From the NCBI GenBank assembly GCA_008369845.1, contig MRSU01000358.1, positions 1 to 64,000 on the forward strand: 64,000 nt of DNA. Direction: 5' to 3'. The notes below the pieces were generated by a model that was not told the origin of the DNA, did no database searches, and worked only from the letters and a program-made list of their open reading frames with translations. Positions 1 to 11,776 of the stretch are shown here, in pieces. The translations under genes were made by a program, and so were the position numbers. Source of the stretch: Trichomonas gallinae. Lineage: Eukaryota. Numbering within the stretch: the stretch's first letter is position 1; each line of letters opens with the position of its first letter.

Positions 1-734
1 TGAAATTCAAAATGACATCATCCATCAAAAATACTGTAAACATAAATTTAATTATATTAATGATATGTGAATATGACATACGAATCTGTGTTTCTTCAAA
101 TCAGTTTCCAAATCGTTATATTGCTGAGATTCAAAATTCAGCATCTGATGTATTATGTGATATGGATTAACTACTATACTTCTCATATAATATAACTCAT
201 ACAGATTTATATGATACAAATTATAAATGCTTAAATCAATTTTTGTTGAAGATATCATAAATGATAACATGGTTCAAAGTATGAAAATCGAAAGAATCAA
301 GATTAACAGTAATGTTATGGTACTATCTATCAGGCGGCACTGTGTTCTTGTCTCAAAATTAATGTAGGATAGGGGTTTACCGTTAAAATCGGCAAATTGA
401 TTAAAATGACTTAAAGAAATTGTGAGGATTGATTAAAGGGTCGCCCCCATTTTAATACGTGCTCTATCTTTTCTAGTTTTCATTCAGCAAAAAACTAAAG
501 TTAGGCTTATCTCGACACAATATATCTATATTTTGAATTATTCAGCATTTTATAAATGATCATAAAATTTGGGTTTATTTCATGAACTAACATCACATAT
601 TGAGTTATTTATATAATGCTTATTTGACTGATACTATAAATATATATTACTATGATAATGGCTCGATTAAATAGGCATGCAAAAGAGTCTTTACAGCTTT
701 GATTCTTTTAATTTACCTTGTATTTTTGCCGATA

Positions 735-1110
735 TTAGTGGAAGCAATGAGAGATTGGCTTTAAGAAAGACGAACTGTATCTGATGTAATTGATTTGATG
801 CATGAAATAACACCTCCTTAAAAAAAAAGGCATTGTTGAAGAAACTAATAGATACAAAATTTTCCGTATTGTTTGATAAACACGAAATGGCACAAATCGC
901 ACTATTATATTCTGCTGGTTACAATACAAGAAGGTGTACTCAGAATGAAGAAATTTAGATGATAGTGATGATTGTTTGACAAGAAATTGACTTATCTTAA
1001 AATGTAGCTCGTTTTCACCAGATATAGGTTCACCAATTCTGATACGATTTAATAATTCCATGGGTCTTTGTCAGCTTCATCGATGTGAAAAACTTAATAA
1101 AAGGTGGCAT
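735..1110 (-). pseudogene. Frameshifted, internally deleted paralog of the adjacent 1382-2397 cysteine-rich hypothetical gene
   Basis: Across frames it reads MPPFIKF(F)HIDEADKDPWNY*, GEPISGEN, KFLHSEYTFLYC, RFCAISC and YFMH. The neighbour has AFIQFFHFDDASRDLWNYY, GEPITGEN, KLLHSECIFFNC, RFCAVSC and YYMH. Confidence 0.75.
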
Positions 1111-1381
1111 ATGTGCATATGATATTGTTTTAACGTCATATCTATTATCATTGATAAACATTTATTATTATGAATGATATTTATTGATTATACTTTCATT
1201 TGATTAAAGTTTATTCATCATTTGATAGATTAAAGCATCGACAACAGATATACATTTTACTGCAGTATCAATAGACATGCGAAGAATTGATGATTCATAA
1301 ATTTGCATAAGTATTTGCACGTCAAACATAATTAAAACATACTTTAGACCAATTGATTGATATAAATTGAATCATCTGATT

Positions 1382-2397
1382 TCATGAGAGATTAAACAAG
1401 CACGCAAATCTATGATGCAATCCTTTCCAATTATATCTAAGATAACTGCTTTTGTTGTTAAGTGCAATAATCTTATCTTGGCACAAAAATGAACTCAGGA
1501 ATTCAAGAGAATTCAATGAAAATTTGTTGTCAACATTTTGAGTGTCAAATTTTAAAAACGTTCCAGCCGTGGTACAATTATCTATTTGACAATCTTTGAT
1601 GATTAAACTTCCACCATATGTATATTCAATATAAAAAAGTTTGCCATTTCCTAAATCATCAAAAAAACAACATTTGCTGATTGTGACTACCTGAGCATAA
1701 CTAATCAACGTTCCCGAGGAATTACTATGCTGAAAATTTCTCAAAACATTGCAATATTCAAATAGATATCGTGCATCGTATGTATGCTCGATAGTACCAC
1801 TTCCATCTTCACATCGGTTTCCTTCGAATGATGAAAAGTTTGTTTTGCCGATTATATTATCAGAAACATGCATGTAATATGCGGATATTGATGACGCTGT
1901 GTTTTTGCTGAAATTTGTCGAAGAGATGACAGTGTTACCACCTTCTAACAAAACTGTATATTGTTTGTCTGGTTTTATGCATGAAGTTACGCTGCCTTCT
2001 ATTAAAAAATTTGGATTTGGTGGGTTATCATATAAAAGAACGAATGCAAAATTTGCCCAATGATTTGATTCACATGAAACGGCACAAAATCGATGCTGGA
2101 TAACTGAAGCATCGAAACATTCTACATAAATAGGACCCCCACCCCAACCATTTGATTTGCAATTAAAGAAGATGCACTCAGAATGTAGTAATTTATATGG
2201 TGGGGGTAATCTTCCCATAACAATAACTGCATATTTGTAATTATGGAATTGGCATAATTTTAAGTATATCTCATCAACCGGATACGGAATTTTCGGGTTT
2301 TCACCAGTAATAGGTTCGCCGCTATATTCCGATTTGTAATAATAATTCCATAAATCTCTACTCGCATCATCGAAATGAAAAAACTGGATAAAAGCAT
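1382..2397 (-). CDS. Trichomonad cysteine-rich hypothetical protein (large lineage-specific family), with an apparent 1-bp frameshift immediately after the start codon
   Basis: The 278-aa ORF frame stays open upstream to 2398 with no Met for 60 codons. The ATG at 2397 is out of frame by one base. The upstream part aligns with the paralog that starts at 1110. Confidence 0.65.
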
Positions 2398-2866
2398 TTC
2401 AGAAATACAATAATTTACAAAATCATTGAAATTGATAAATTGTAATGTACGGATAATTATGCATTTGTAATTTAACCATGGGAAACATGAATTGTAGTTT
2501 TGTTAAGAGAATGATAATATCTTTTTTTTTTTTTTTTTTTTGTCAATGTTTGACGGATATTATCCTAAACGACTTGAGAACAAAAGATTATAATTAAAGA
2601 TAAGATTTAAAGATAATTGCAGGTTCAGAAACTTTTTTTTTTTTTCAAAGAGCATATCTTTAAGGTTCTACCCCGAGCGAGTTTCATTTTCATACTCGGC
2701 TTTTTTCCTCGACTCAATTTAGTCTATCGTTTATATCTATAGTCAAGGGTGTAAGTTGTCGATAGATTTTCTTTGTGATTTCAGTCATTTTACAAAATCT
2801 TTCAAATTTGTCACTTTTGATATGATCTATTGAAAAAAAAGAAGCTGGTAAATTATAAACAGAAAA

Positions 2867-3325
2867 ATGGCTGAAGAGAAGCAAGGGAAGCAAGTAAACC
2901 AAGAAGGCTTCTATGGGAAGATTACACAAGAGATGCTAAGTAAAGAACTCGATAATGCTTTGAAACAACTTAAAGAGAACTTTGAACAAAAAGAAAATTG
3001 TCGGAAAATTTTGATACTGTCTCTTGAAGAAATTAAAAATGCATATATTTCTCCACAAGTGAATAGTAAAGACAAATTTAAACCAAAAGATGCCAATTTA
3101 GAAAAACAAAATGAAGAATTATTCCAAGAACTAAGAAATCTGACGGGAATAGATCCAACTCAAATTACAGAGCTCAGAGATCTGGCTACAAAACTAACTG
3201 AACAAATGGGCATCCCTTTCCCGAAAATATTACAAAAGAAACATATCATTTTAGATTGGTTTAGAGATAATAGAGAGCAAATCAGAGCATTAATTCTTTC
3301 TAACCCGATAATATTTACAAATTAA
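2867..3325 (+). CDS. Hypothetical protein with a C-terminal trichomonad-type helical domain (ELRDLATKLTEQMGIPFPK...ILDWFRDNREQI)
   Basis: 152-aa ORF. GTCACTTT at 2810-2817 upstream; stop codon overlaps TAAA. Confidence 0.75.
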   Translation: MAEEKQGKQVNQEGFYGKITQEMLSKELDNALKQLKENFEQKENCRKILILSLEEIKNAYISPQVNSKDKFKPKDANLEKQNEELFQELRNLTGIDPTQITELRDLATKLTEQMGIPFPKILQKKHIILDWFRDNREQIRALILSNPIIFTN

Positions 3326-3645
3326 ATTAGATCCCATTAGCTGTCTAAAGATATATGTTTAAAACATAACTACTACGTTTAATATATAGGTTTTCCTTGT
3401 TTCTGTTCGATGAAATTGAAATAAAAATTATAAATTTAAATATATGCAAAAATACATTGACTATTATAATAATCATGAGAAAATGCTTCTTTCCAATAAA
3501 TGTCAAAGGTTCAAATTAAATTATTAAAAAATATTTTTTTCAATTTGTTCCCCATGAAACATTGAGGTAATGATGTGATGCATAAAAAACATAATCCATA
3601 CTTTACTTTTTGCATAAGAAATTATCCAACATAAAATTATTAAAA

Positions 3646-4872
3646 TTAACGACCTCTCTTTGAACTTTTGAGCATCTCATTAGATGGTGGTGTATGCATT
3701 CTTGAGGCAAGCAAGTTTGCCAGGTCCTCGTAGCCGTTTTCTTTGGCGATCATCCATGCATTTCTTCCGTAAAGATTTTTCTCATCAACAGGGGCTCCAT
3801 TGTCCAATAGTATTTGGCAAACGTTCTTGTTGTTGTTGGAGGCTGCATACATCAAAGCAGTCCAGCCGTGGTTCGTCATTAGAGCGACATCAATGAAATC
3901 GAGCAAATATTTAACGCATTCAGCGTCACCAGCCTCTGAGGCGTAATGGAGAGCATTCTTACCAGATCCATCGTAAACATTGATGTCAGCGCCGAGATTC
4001 TTGAATGTAGAAAGGACTGATACACCGCCATCACTTGCAGCAAGGTGGATTGGCTTCACACCTGTGACATCTGATACTTCTAGCTCACCACCTTTATTAT
4101 ATAAGAACTTAACACCTGGAACGAAGCCTTTTAAGGCTGCGAAATGCATCGGTGTTCTATGGCTATCAGTTACGGCGTCAACATTGATGCCAAACTCGTA
4201 TACGAATTTCATTATCTTCTTTGAGCGTGACTGCGCTGCGAAATGAAGAGCCGTTCTGCCATCTTTCGCTTTCTTATTAACGTTAGCTCCGATATCGCGC
4301 AAATAAGTAGCGATTTCAATGTGTCCATATCTAACAGATTCCAAAAATGGAGTAATTCCGAGGGAATTCTTTGTATCATAGTCAGATCCTTTTTGGATTA
4401 AGATTTGGAGAGCTTTGTAGCATCCGTTCATTGCTGCGAAGTGTATAGGAAGGTTGCCTTGTTGTTCTTTCTTGTTGATTGGAGCCTTTTGCTCGATTAA
4501 ATATTGTGCAATTTTAACACGACCGAAAGTTGCAGCATAATGAAGTGGTGTCCAGTTTGCTTTGTCTTCATTGAATGTCTGGTTGAATGTTTCACAAAGG
4601 AATGTCACCATTTCTAAGTGTCCCGCAGCTGTTGCAAAATGAATAGGGTCTCTATTGAGACTGTCACAGTTGAGTGACTTTCCCGTCTTCTCGACAACAT
4701 GAATGAGGCAGTTTTTCGCTCCAAAGTATGCTGTCCATCCAAGTAGATTGCAATTATCCGTTAGAAGATCAGGAATCTCTGGAGAATACGGAAAATTGAC
4801 AATGCCATCCGGAACAGCTGCATTCATCTTCTCAACGTTATCTTCTTTGAGTGCTTCGATCAATACTTGCAT
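3646..4872 (-). CDS. Ankyrin repeat protein (about 10 repeats)
   Basis: Repeated ankyrin motifs: TPLHYAA, LPIHFAA, TALHFAA, TPMHFAA, TALMYAA. Confidence 0.95.
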   Translation of the reverse strand: MQVLIEALKEDNVEKMNAAVPDGIVNFPYSPEIPDLLTDNCNLLGWTAYFGAKNCLIHVVEKTGKSLNCDSLNRDPIHFATAAGHLEMVTFLCETFNQTFNEDKANWTPLHYAATFGRVKIAQYLIEQKAPINKKEQQGNLPIHFAAMNGCYKALQILIQKGSDYDTKNSLGITPFLESVRYGHIEIATYLRDIGANVNKKAKDGRTALHFAAQSRSKKIMKFVYEFGINVDAVTDSHRTPMHFAALKGFVPGVKFLYNKGGELEVSDVTGVKPIHLAASDGGVSVLSTFKNLGADINVYDGSGKNALHYASEAGDAECVKYLLDFIDVALMTNHGWTALMYAASNNNKNVCQILLDNGAPVDEKNLYGRNAWMIAKENGYEDLANLLASRMHTPPSNEMLKSSKRGR

Positions 4873-4896
4873 AAAATCCTAAAAAGCAATAAAAAA

Positions 4897-5438
4897 AATC
4901 GATAAAGTTTTACATGACAAAAATCTTCAATTTTGATTCAACTGTCAGATTTGATAATTTCTAATTGAATAGTTTATATGTCAGGAAGATGATTTATTTG
5001 ACAAGGAAATCGATAAAATTTTACATGTCAAAAACATTCAATTTCGATTTTATTGTCAAATTTTAAATGAGTTTGAATGGTTTATTTGGCAGAATGAAAA
5101 TTTATCTGTCAAAATAAGGATGTTGCAAAATGATATGTCTTATACCTCACATATAATCCACTTTTACCTCTGGGATATCGTAGAACAGGTGGAAGGGTGA
5201 CTTTTCGACATCCTTAGTCAATTAGGATAGTATTTTGTTACATATCAAAAACATGCGATTTTGAATTGATCGTCAAATTAGAACTATTTTGAATAATTTA
5301 TATGTCAAAAATATTATTTATTTGTCGAAAATCAATAAATTTTTACATGTCAAAAGTTTTCGATTTTGAATTAGTTGTCAAATTTAAAATAAACCAATTG
5401 AGATGTTTATGTGTCAAATATAAAATTTATTTGGCAAG
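4897..5438. repeat. Three diverged ~110-bp units in the divergent ankyrin/EF-hand intergenic region, each carrying TTTAYNTG(T/A/G)CA motifs
   Basis: Units start AAATCGATAAAGTTTTACATGACAA (~4897), AAATCGATAAAATTTTACATGTCAA (~5007) and AAATCAATAAATTTTTACATGTCAA (~5329). Confidence 0.8.
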
Positions 5439-5468
5439 GAAAAAAATTAAACGTTTATCCAATAAAAT

Positions 5469-6716
5469 ATGCTTTCGAATGGAGATATTGTAGGTTTACT
5501 TAATGAACTTGGCATGAATGATGTCGTCACGAAGTTTGAAAAGTATACTGAAAAGAAAAAATCAGAAATACCGCCTTTTTACACCAAAAAATCCGAATCA
5601 GCAAGGAAATTACGAAACATTTTGTTTGATTTGCAAAAAGAGTCATTACACATTACACCAGATGAGTTACAGAGCATCGAAAAAGGCATCAACACTGAAA
5701 AATCTGATGCAGATTCATCTGAACAGATTATTCAAGAGTTAAAGAAACTAATTCCGGAAGAAAAGCATGTCATATTTTCCGATGAGATCATTTCTACATA
5801 TACAAATGATAAAAGCAAATTAAATTCTACAAAATATCTCAATTTCATAGATTGGTATAACGAGCAGCTAAAAAACATCGCGCATATCAATTCTATTGAA
5901 GAAATTGATTGTTCGCAATGTATTTCATCAAAATGTCTTCAACAATTCATTATCGAGAAAACGAAAACTTTCAAAACTGCTTATCCAAAGGATGTTGACC
6001 CAGAATGGACGAAAAATACCTACTCTGTTTACGTTTTATATCGAATTCTCTACGAGCTCCAACTAAATGAAGAAACAAAAATATATGTTCCTCATTTATT
6101 CAAATCTCGCTCATTCACTGAGTTCATTGACTTAGACAAGAGCGATATCAGTTCAATATCATACAAAGATGTTGCAAATCTCGAAGAACAATTCTTCAAA
6201 ATTGCAGAACAAGAAACTAAAACAGTTAAGAAGGATAACATGAAGGAAATATATAGCTTTAGGTTCAGTGACTTGTTCATTGATAGATTATACGAATATA
6301 TCGATACAATCAATGGAGAAGCAACATTTTTAGGTTTCATCCAGTTCTACATCCCTCTGCGCTTCCTCCATGAATATCCACACGCTGTCAACTTCTTCTT
6401 CGGCATCTTGGACGTCGATGAAGATGGAATTCTCAGCAGAGATGATATTTATTACTTCTACAAAGCACAGATTTTAGAAGCTGACCACACAGAGCCTTCT
6501 TTCGACCTGTTCTACTCAAGGCTGCTCGATAGATGCACGATTAAAGCAGAAGAAATGAGCAGCACAAATATTATGTATTCTGAATCAGCGAGAGAAATAA
6601 TTACTATTTTGATTGATGTGCAGACATTCGAGGATACATATTCAATCCCAACAGCAGCGAACTATGACTTCGATGATGATGAAGAATATGAAGAAGAAGA
6701 CGATATTGATTTTTGA
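5469..6716 (+). CDS. EF-hand protein, divergent PP2A regulatory subunit B''(PR72)-like
   Basis: FFFGILDVDEDGILSRDDIYYFY resembles the B'' EF-hand region. Acidic C-terminal tail. Confidence 0.65.
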   Translation: MLSNGDIVGLLNELGMNDVVTKFEKYTEKKKSEIPPFYTKKSESARKLRNILFDLQKESLHITPDELQSIEKGINTEKSDADSSEQIIQELKKLIPEEKHVIFSDEIISTYTNDKSKLNSTKYLNFIDWYNEQLKNIAHINSIEEIDCSQCISSKCLQQFIIEKTKTFKTAYPKDVDPEWTKNTYSVYVLYRILYELQLNEETKIYVPHLFKSRSFTEFIDLDKSDISSISYKDVANLEEQFFKIAEQETKTVKKDNMKEIYSFRFSDLFIDRLYEYIDTINGEATFLGFIQFYIPLRFLHEYPHAVNFFFGILDVDEDGILSRDDIYYFYKAQILEADHTEPSFDLFYSRLLDRCTIKAEEMSSTNIMYSESAREIITILIDVQTFEDTYSIPTAANYDFDDDEEYEEEDDIDF

Positions 6717-6920
6717 ATTTTTTATATTTGTAAAGTATATTTGATTTGTTTCCAAAATAATATATTTTATCGTGTCATAAGTCATGATTTATAGCTTAAA
6801 TGTCTTGAAACTAAATTTTTTTCGTGTAGACTTGCAAAAGGTTATAATTTTTGTCATTTTTAATTATTGACACTTTTTATAATCAGTCTTTTTTTATTTG
6901 TCACTTTTTAATGTTAAAAA

Positions 6921-8015
6921 ATGAAAAATCTGAAAAGTGATGGAAAGAATGGAGATGTGAGCTTTGATAGTGCACCATTGGAATTACTGGAGAAAATAGA
7001 ATCAGTCTTAAAGAAAGCATCTGGGATTGTCGGTGATAATAACATTTATTCAAAACCAAATACGGCAGATTCGATAATTCGAAGTTATGTTAGGCGAACA
7101 AGCACATTAGAAGCAAAGTTAAAGTATGTTCAAGACGATTTAAATAAGTATACAAATCAAGTTAAATCAGTCGACGAAGCTTCTCAGCGAAAAGAGTCAT
7201 ACTTAGAGAAGATTAAGTCTAACAACGAATTGTCATCGAAAATAGAAAAAGAAAACGAAAAGCTGCAAAATCAAATTGATGAAATAACGAAATCATTGCC
7301 TGCCGGTGGAAATGATGCCGAACTGTTCAAATCTGAACAAATGATTAAAGATGCTGAGAAAGATATCCAGAACTATACAAATGATCTCGCGACATTTCAA
7401 AAAGAATATAAATTAATACAACAGAAATATGAAGAAGTTCAGCAAATTGGAGAAGCTCTCTCATCTAAAGCTGAAGTTGTTAAGCACGATTCGAATGAAT
7501 CAAATAATCTTCGATTTTCACAAGAATTACTTGAAAAACGAGAAAAAAGAATGAATATACAGAAAGCTCTCGATGCGTTAATTGCTGAATCAGAAGCTAA
7601 ATCTAATGCAAGGAGGATTGTTCTCGCACAAAGAAAAGAAAAGCTTACAAATCAAATTACAGAACTTAAAGCTCGTCAGCAAAAGATTACCGAGGAAAGA
7701 AATAGAGTTTCTGTTCTTAAAGAAGATATTATACGATTAGAAGCATTGATTGCAAGAGAAGAATTACCGAAACAAGAAACACCAGAAAATACTAAAACAG
7801 AAAAAGCGCCGTTGAACAAAGACAGAATATCTCGACTTTGTATGATGCTTTTGACTGATGGTCCTACAGAAGAATTAATTCGATCGTTTGGATCAGAATT
7901 GTTATGGACTAAGGATCAGATTGATACATTACTGAAAGCTTCACAGAAAGGAAAAGATCCAGGAATTGGAGAACAATGGATTAATTGGTTAGATTCTGTT
8001 ACTAATGATCTATAA
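6921..8015 (+). CDS. Coiled-coil protein, possible golgin with a C-terminal GRAB/GA1-like region
   Basis: Long heptad-rich K/E/Q region followed by DRISRLCMMLL...LLWTKDQID...IGEQWINWL. GTCACTTT at 6900. Confidence 0.6.
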   Translation: MKNLKSDGKNGDVSFDSAPLELLEKIESVLKKASGIVGDNNIYSKPNTADSIIRSYVRRTSTLEAKLKYVQDDLNKYTNQVKSVDEASQRKESYLEKIKSNNELSSKIEKENEKLQNQIDEITKSLPAGGNDAELFKSEQMIKDAEKDIQNYTNDLATFQKEYKLIQQKYEEVQQIGEALSSKAEVVKHDSNESNNLRFSQELLEKREKRMNIQKALDALIAESEAKSNARRIVLAQRKEKLTNQITELKARQQKITEERNRVSVLKEDIIRLEALIAREELPKQETPENTKTEKAPLNKDRISRLCMMLLTDGPTEELIRSFGSELLWTKDQIDTLLKASQKGKDPGIGEQWINWLDSVTNDL

Positions 8016-8760
8016 ATATGTTTGTTTATTCATATATTATGCTATTCGATTATTACAGCTATCTGTCCATCAGATTTTTGATTTTTTTGAATTGAATATA
8101 ATATCGATATCCTTATCATTGAATTACATAACCCAATTTGCAGAATTTTGATTTTGGCATCTAATATAGTACAATGATCATTATTTAAATTTCGAAAAAA
8201 TGTGATACTTTTATCTTTTTCATATAATTCTAGTATATTTTTAATGATATTTTTTTTACTTCTCTTTTTTCGTGAGCTTTGATTTCTTTACGAATAGCCA
8301 TGGGACTTTTATAGATACATAGTATTGCTTGGATAGAGTCATATTCTCATGATTCAGCCGAATCCGTCACATATTATTCAGAAGAACAAATTACGTTTCT
8401 CTAGAATATGGAACCCAAGTGAGGAACATAAAACAATCAATGAGCATTCTCTATTACACACAGTTCAAATCTGTAATTCGATCGAAGAATCGTTTGGATT
8501 CAATAAGATAAAAAAATTAATTATCCTTTATCTTATTGAGTCACTGCACAACGATATCGCTATCAATAATACTACGATGTGCAAAATAATATTTCATAAT
8601 TTCGAAATTTGATGAAGTGCTAAAATATTATAATATTACGGATTATTTGGAACTCATTCATGATTATTACTTGTTCTAAAGACGTTGTCTCAACATCTAA
8701 ATTAAAATTGCAAGAGTAATGTTAAAAAACCATTGATTAACGCAAAAATACAAACAAATT

Positions 8761-9696
8761 TTAACATATACTGGTAGACCTTGTAATACGCACAGAGTTG
8801 ATAGCTGGCTTTTGAGATTTCAATGTATAGCGAACATTCTTAACGTTGTTAGCAGAATGAGCTACAGGCTTGATAATTATATCGTTTTTCTTCTTCACGT
8901 GCTTTTGCACTTGGACCGTGAAGTATGGGTGCGAAACTAATTCATCTATCGTTGCGCGTTTCGTTGGATCTACGACTAAGCATCTTTCAATAAGATTTCT
9001 AAGATATGGGTCTCTGATCAGATCAGAGTTATATACTCCCATCTCTATTTGAGAAACCATAGTAATATCATCATCAGATGTAAAAGGATATTTTCCAGTT
9101 ACAATATTATAAATGGTGACTCCAAGGGACCATATATCAGATGCCAATGGGTTATAATCATCCATTCCAAATAATTCAGGGGCCATAAATGGCATTGTGC
9201 CTGATCTAAGAGAGCAGAATGGATTGTCTTTTGGGCACTCAGTTGCCAACCCAAAATCTGTGATTTTAACTCTTCCATACTCATCAACGAGGAAGTTAGA
9301 AGGTTTAATATCGCAGTGTGCAATATTTTTTGAGTGGCAGGACTTTACCGCATATACTAGTTCAGCTACTAATCGTTGAAGCGTTTCAGGATTTGCACAA
9401 AGTGTTTGATCAGCTGTTAATTTATATATATCATATGGGCAATATTCCATTAACAAGTAGATGAAGCCTCCGAACTGATAGCACTTATATAACCTGACTA
9501 TCCTCTCATCATCAAGCGCTAAAAGGCTGTCTATTTCCGACTTGTTGAACATCATTTGTGTTATTTTTTTAAGTGCAAAATACATTTTGTACCTTGTAGA
9601 GTATACATAAAAAATCAAGCCGGAGCTACCTTGTCCTATTATATCTATTACCTCTATGCAGTTATCCCGCAGATACAAAAACTCCTCTTGATCCAT
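8761..9696 (-). CDS. Ser/Thr protein kinase (CAMK-type trichomonad family)
   Basis: GQGSSG, ALKK, HCDIKPSN, DFG, APE and DIWSLG subdomain motifs. Start taken as MDQEEF at 9696; upstream in-frame ATGs also exist. Confidence 0.93.
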   Translation of the reverse strand: MDQEEFLYLRDNCIEVIDIIGQGSSGLIFYVYSTRYKMYFALKKITQMMFNKSEIDSLLALDDERIVRLYKCYQFGGFIYLLMEYCPYDIYKLTADQTLCANPETLQRLVAELVYAVKSCHSKNIAHCDIKPSNFLVDEYGRVKITDFGLATECPKDNPFCSLRSGTMPFMAPELFGMDDYNPLASDIWSLGVTIYNIVTGKYPFTSDDDITMVSQIEMGVYNSDLIRDPYLRNLIERCLVVDPTKRATIDELVSHPYFTVQVQKHVKKKNDIIIKPVAHSANNVKNVRYTLKSQKPAINSVRITRSTSIC

Positions 9697-11776
9697 TATT
9701 ATAATTTTGAGCAAGGCGTAATGTTCGACCATTTTGTTTCTGAAATGCATTGAAATTTTGAGAAGATTAAGTTTGGGATTTCTGAGGAAAATCGTTACAA
9801 TGTCAAACAAATATTCTTTTCAAATAATCTCTTTATCTGAATCTCTTCGTACTAAAAATATTCTAATATATAGTCCACATGTGATAATTAATACAAAAGA
9901 AACGAAATAAAATATATAAATTTTTGAAATAACTATATTTATAACATGCAGATTAATATTTTAGCATTTTTTTACATTTCACCGTAATTTTTTCTGAACA
10001 ATATTTTCAAGTCACAAAAAAATTGAATTTCGGATATTAATGCAGACGTAATAACATACAATATATTAATTTTTCTGATTTGATAAAATTTAAGTTTCTT
10101 CTTTTCATGATAAAATATAAAATAATTCTCATAAATTTTTATCATAAAATATGCTTTTTAATGGTATGTCGATGTTTTATGATCAATTGTAAACCGAATT
10201 TTATTCTTAATTTATTAATAGTCATCATATATATGTATAGAAAATTGCAATTTTAATACTTTTTCAAAGATACCCAAAAATTTGTGAGCATTCAAATAAA
10301 CGATCAATATAAAAAAGGAGTGATATTAACGTCCCATTTTATATTTACATATGACCCAAAGGAAGAGGAATAGTTTATTAATATAAAAAATCCAAATAAT
10401 GCATTTCATTAGTGAAATCTGAATGATCCGACATGCTAGGATTGATATAATGGAAATCATCCTCCTGATTTCACAACAAGTTTATCAGTATACTACATCT
10501 ATATAAGCATTATTCTGATTAAATCAATGCAATCCAAATTCAATTTTGCAAATTGATCGTGAGTTGTTTTTCTCTATGATATCAATTATTATATTATAAT
10601 ATGTTATGTAATTATTTGATTTGAGTTCAAATTTCCAATTTTAATTTGTTGGATTTTTTTGCGTTGTTTTTCTTTAATAGTTGATAGGTTTTCATGCTAT
10701 GGACCAATATAGATATTGTATACCTTCTGAAACAATTACAGGTTCTTGAATAACTCGATAAAATAATTCCTCATAATTTTAATTCCCCATAACCATTGCT
10801 CATACTTTGGTTTTAAATTCATCTTACAGAAGCAATCACATATCCATTGCAAAAACATTTAGATATATTTTTTTTGACTTTACATTAATGTATTGAAATT
10901 TACAAGTCAAATATTTTTTTTTTTTAGATACTATTATTCAAATATATATTGACTAATATATATTCTAGATATAATATTATGACTACATACATCTACTACT
11001 GTTATATAATACCGAAAATATACATTAATGCTGTTGGGAATATTAATGATAAACGCAAGTTATTGATAAAATTCAGTTATTCTTTTATCATACAATTTAT
11101 CATAACTTATAGATGAATAAACGCATATTCACACATCGCTAAGACGCATGTATTTCAAGGGTTCGGAAGAATTATCTTGACAGTTTAATTCAAAACGTTT
11201 TTGACTTCTTAGAGATCGTAGATATGATAATAAAGACTAAATATAGTGACAGTCAAAATAATCATATTCTATTGAACAATTAATCCTAAATTCAATGCTC
11301 AAATACCTATTGGCAAATCACTACATCCAGATTAATCATTCCATGAGCTATATTATTTCCTCGATTTTTGTATTAACGTATATCTCATTATTAAACTGAC
11401 ATTCCAAAGTCTGTACATCACAATATTATTATATAAAAGTATATACATCATTTAGATATATTGAACTCGAAAAATAATTTTGTTCATAATTTCATATTTT
11501 TATTTCATAGTTGAGTCCGTTTAATGAATAAAATGATTAACGTACAAAATAACACTATGGGATTCCACGATGTTAATTTTTCAATTTGCTCTCAAAAATT
11601 CAAAATAATCAACGCAGTTCACAAAATGTTTAAATTGGATGATCATGACTTCTGAGCATAATTTTTGAAGATAAACACTATATGCATATAACTATCCCAT
11701 GTTTAGTTAATGATGATTATCCTCTCAATTTTTTTGTGCTTTCAAAAAAGTTTCATTCAACTTGAATCATTTTTTA

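Noticed and set aside
2363..2427. Possible GT...AG intron to repair the 5' end of the 1382 gene
   Set aside because: Splicing does not restore the frame, and the trichomonad ACTAAC branch/3' motif is absent. A 1-bp deletion explains it better.
2522..2712. Poly-T tracts and a short CCGAG...CTCGG stem considered as a Pol III RNA gene or retroposon tail
   Set aside because: No tRNA cloverleaf, clear A/B boxes or target-site duplication is visible.
8349..8612. Short intergenic ORFs (also 52-270, 20845-21105, 60233-60442 and 61215-61412)
   Set aside because: No recognisable homology or coding bias. They may be old gene relics, but I cannot support that from the sequence.
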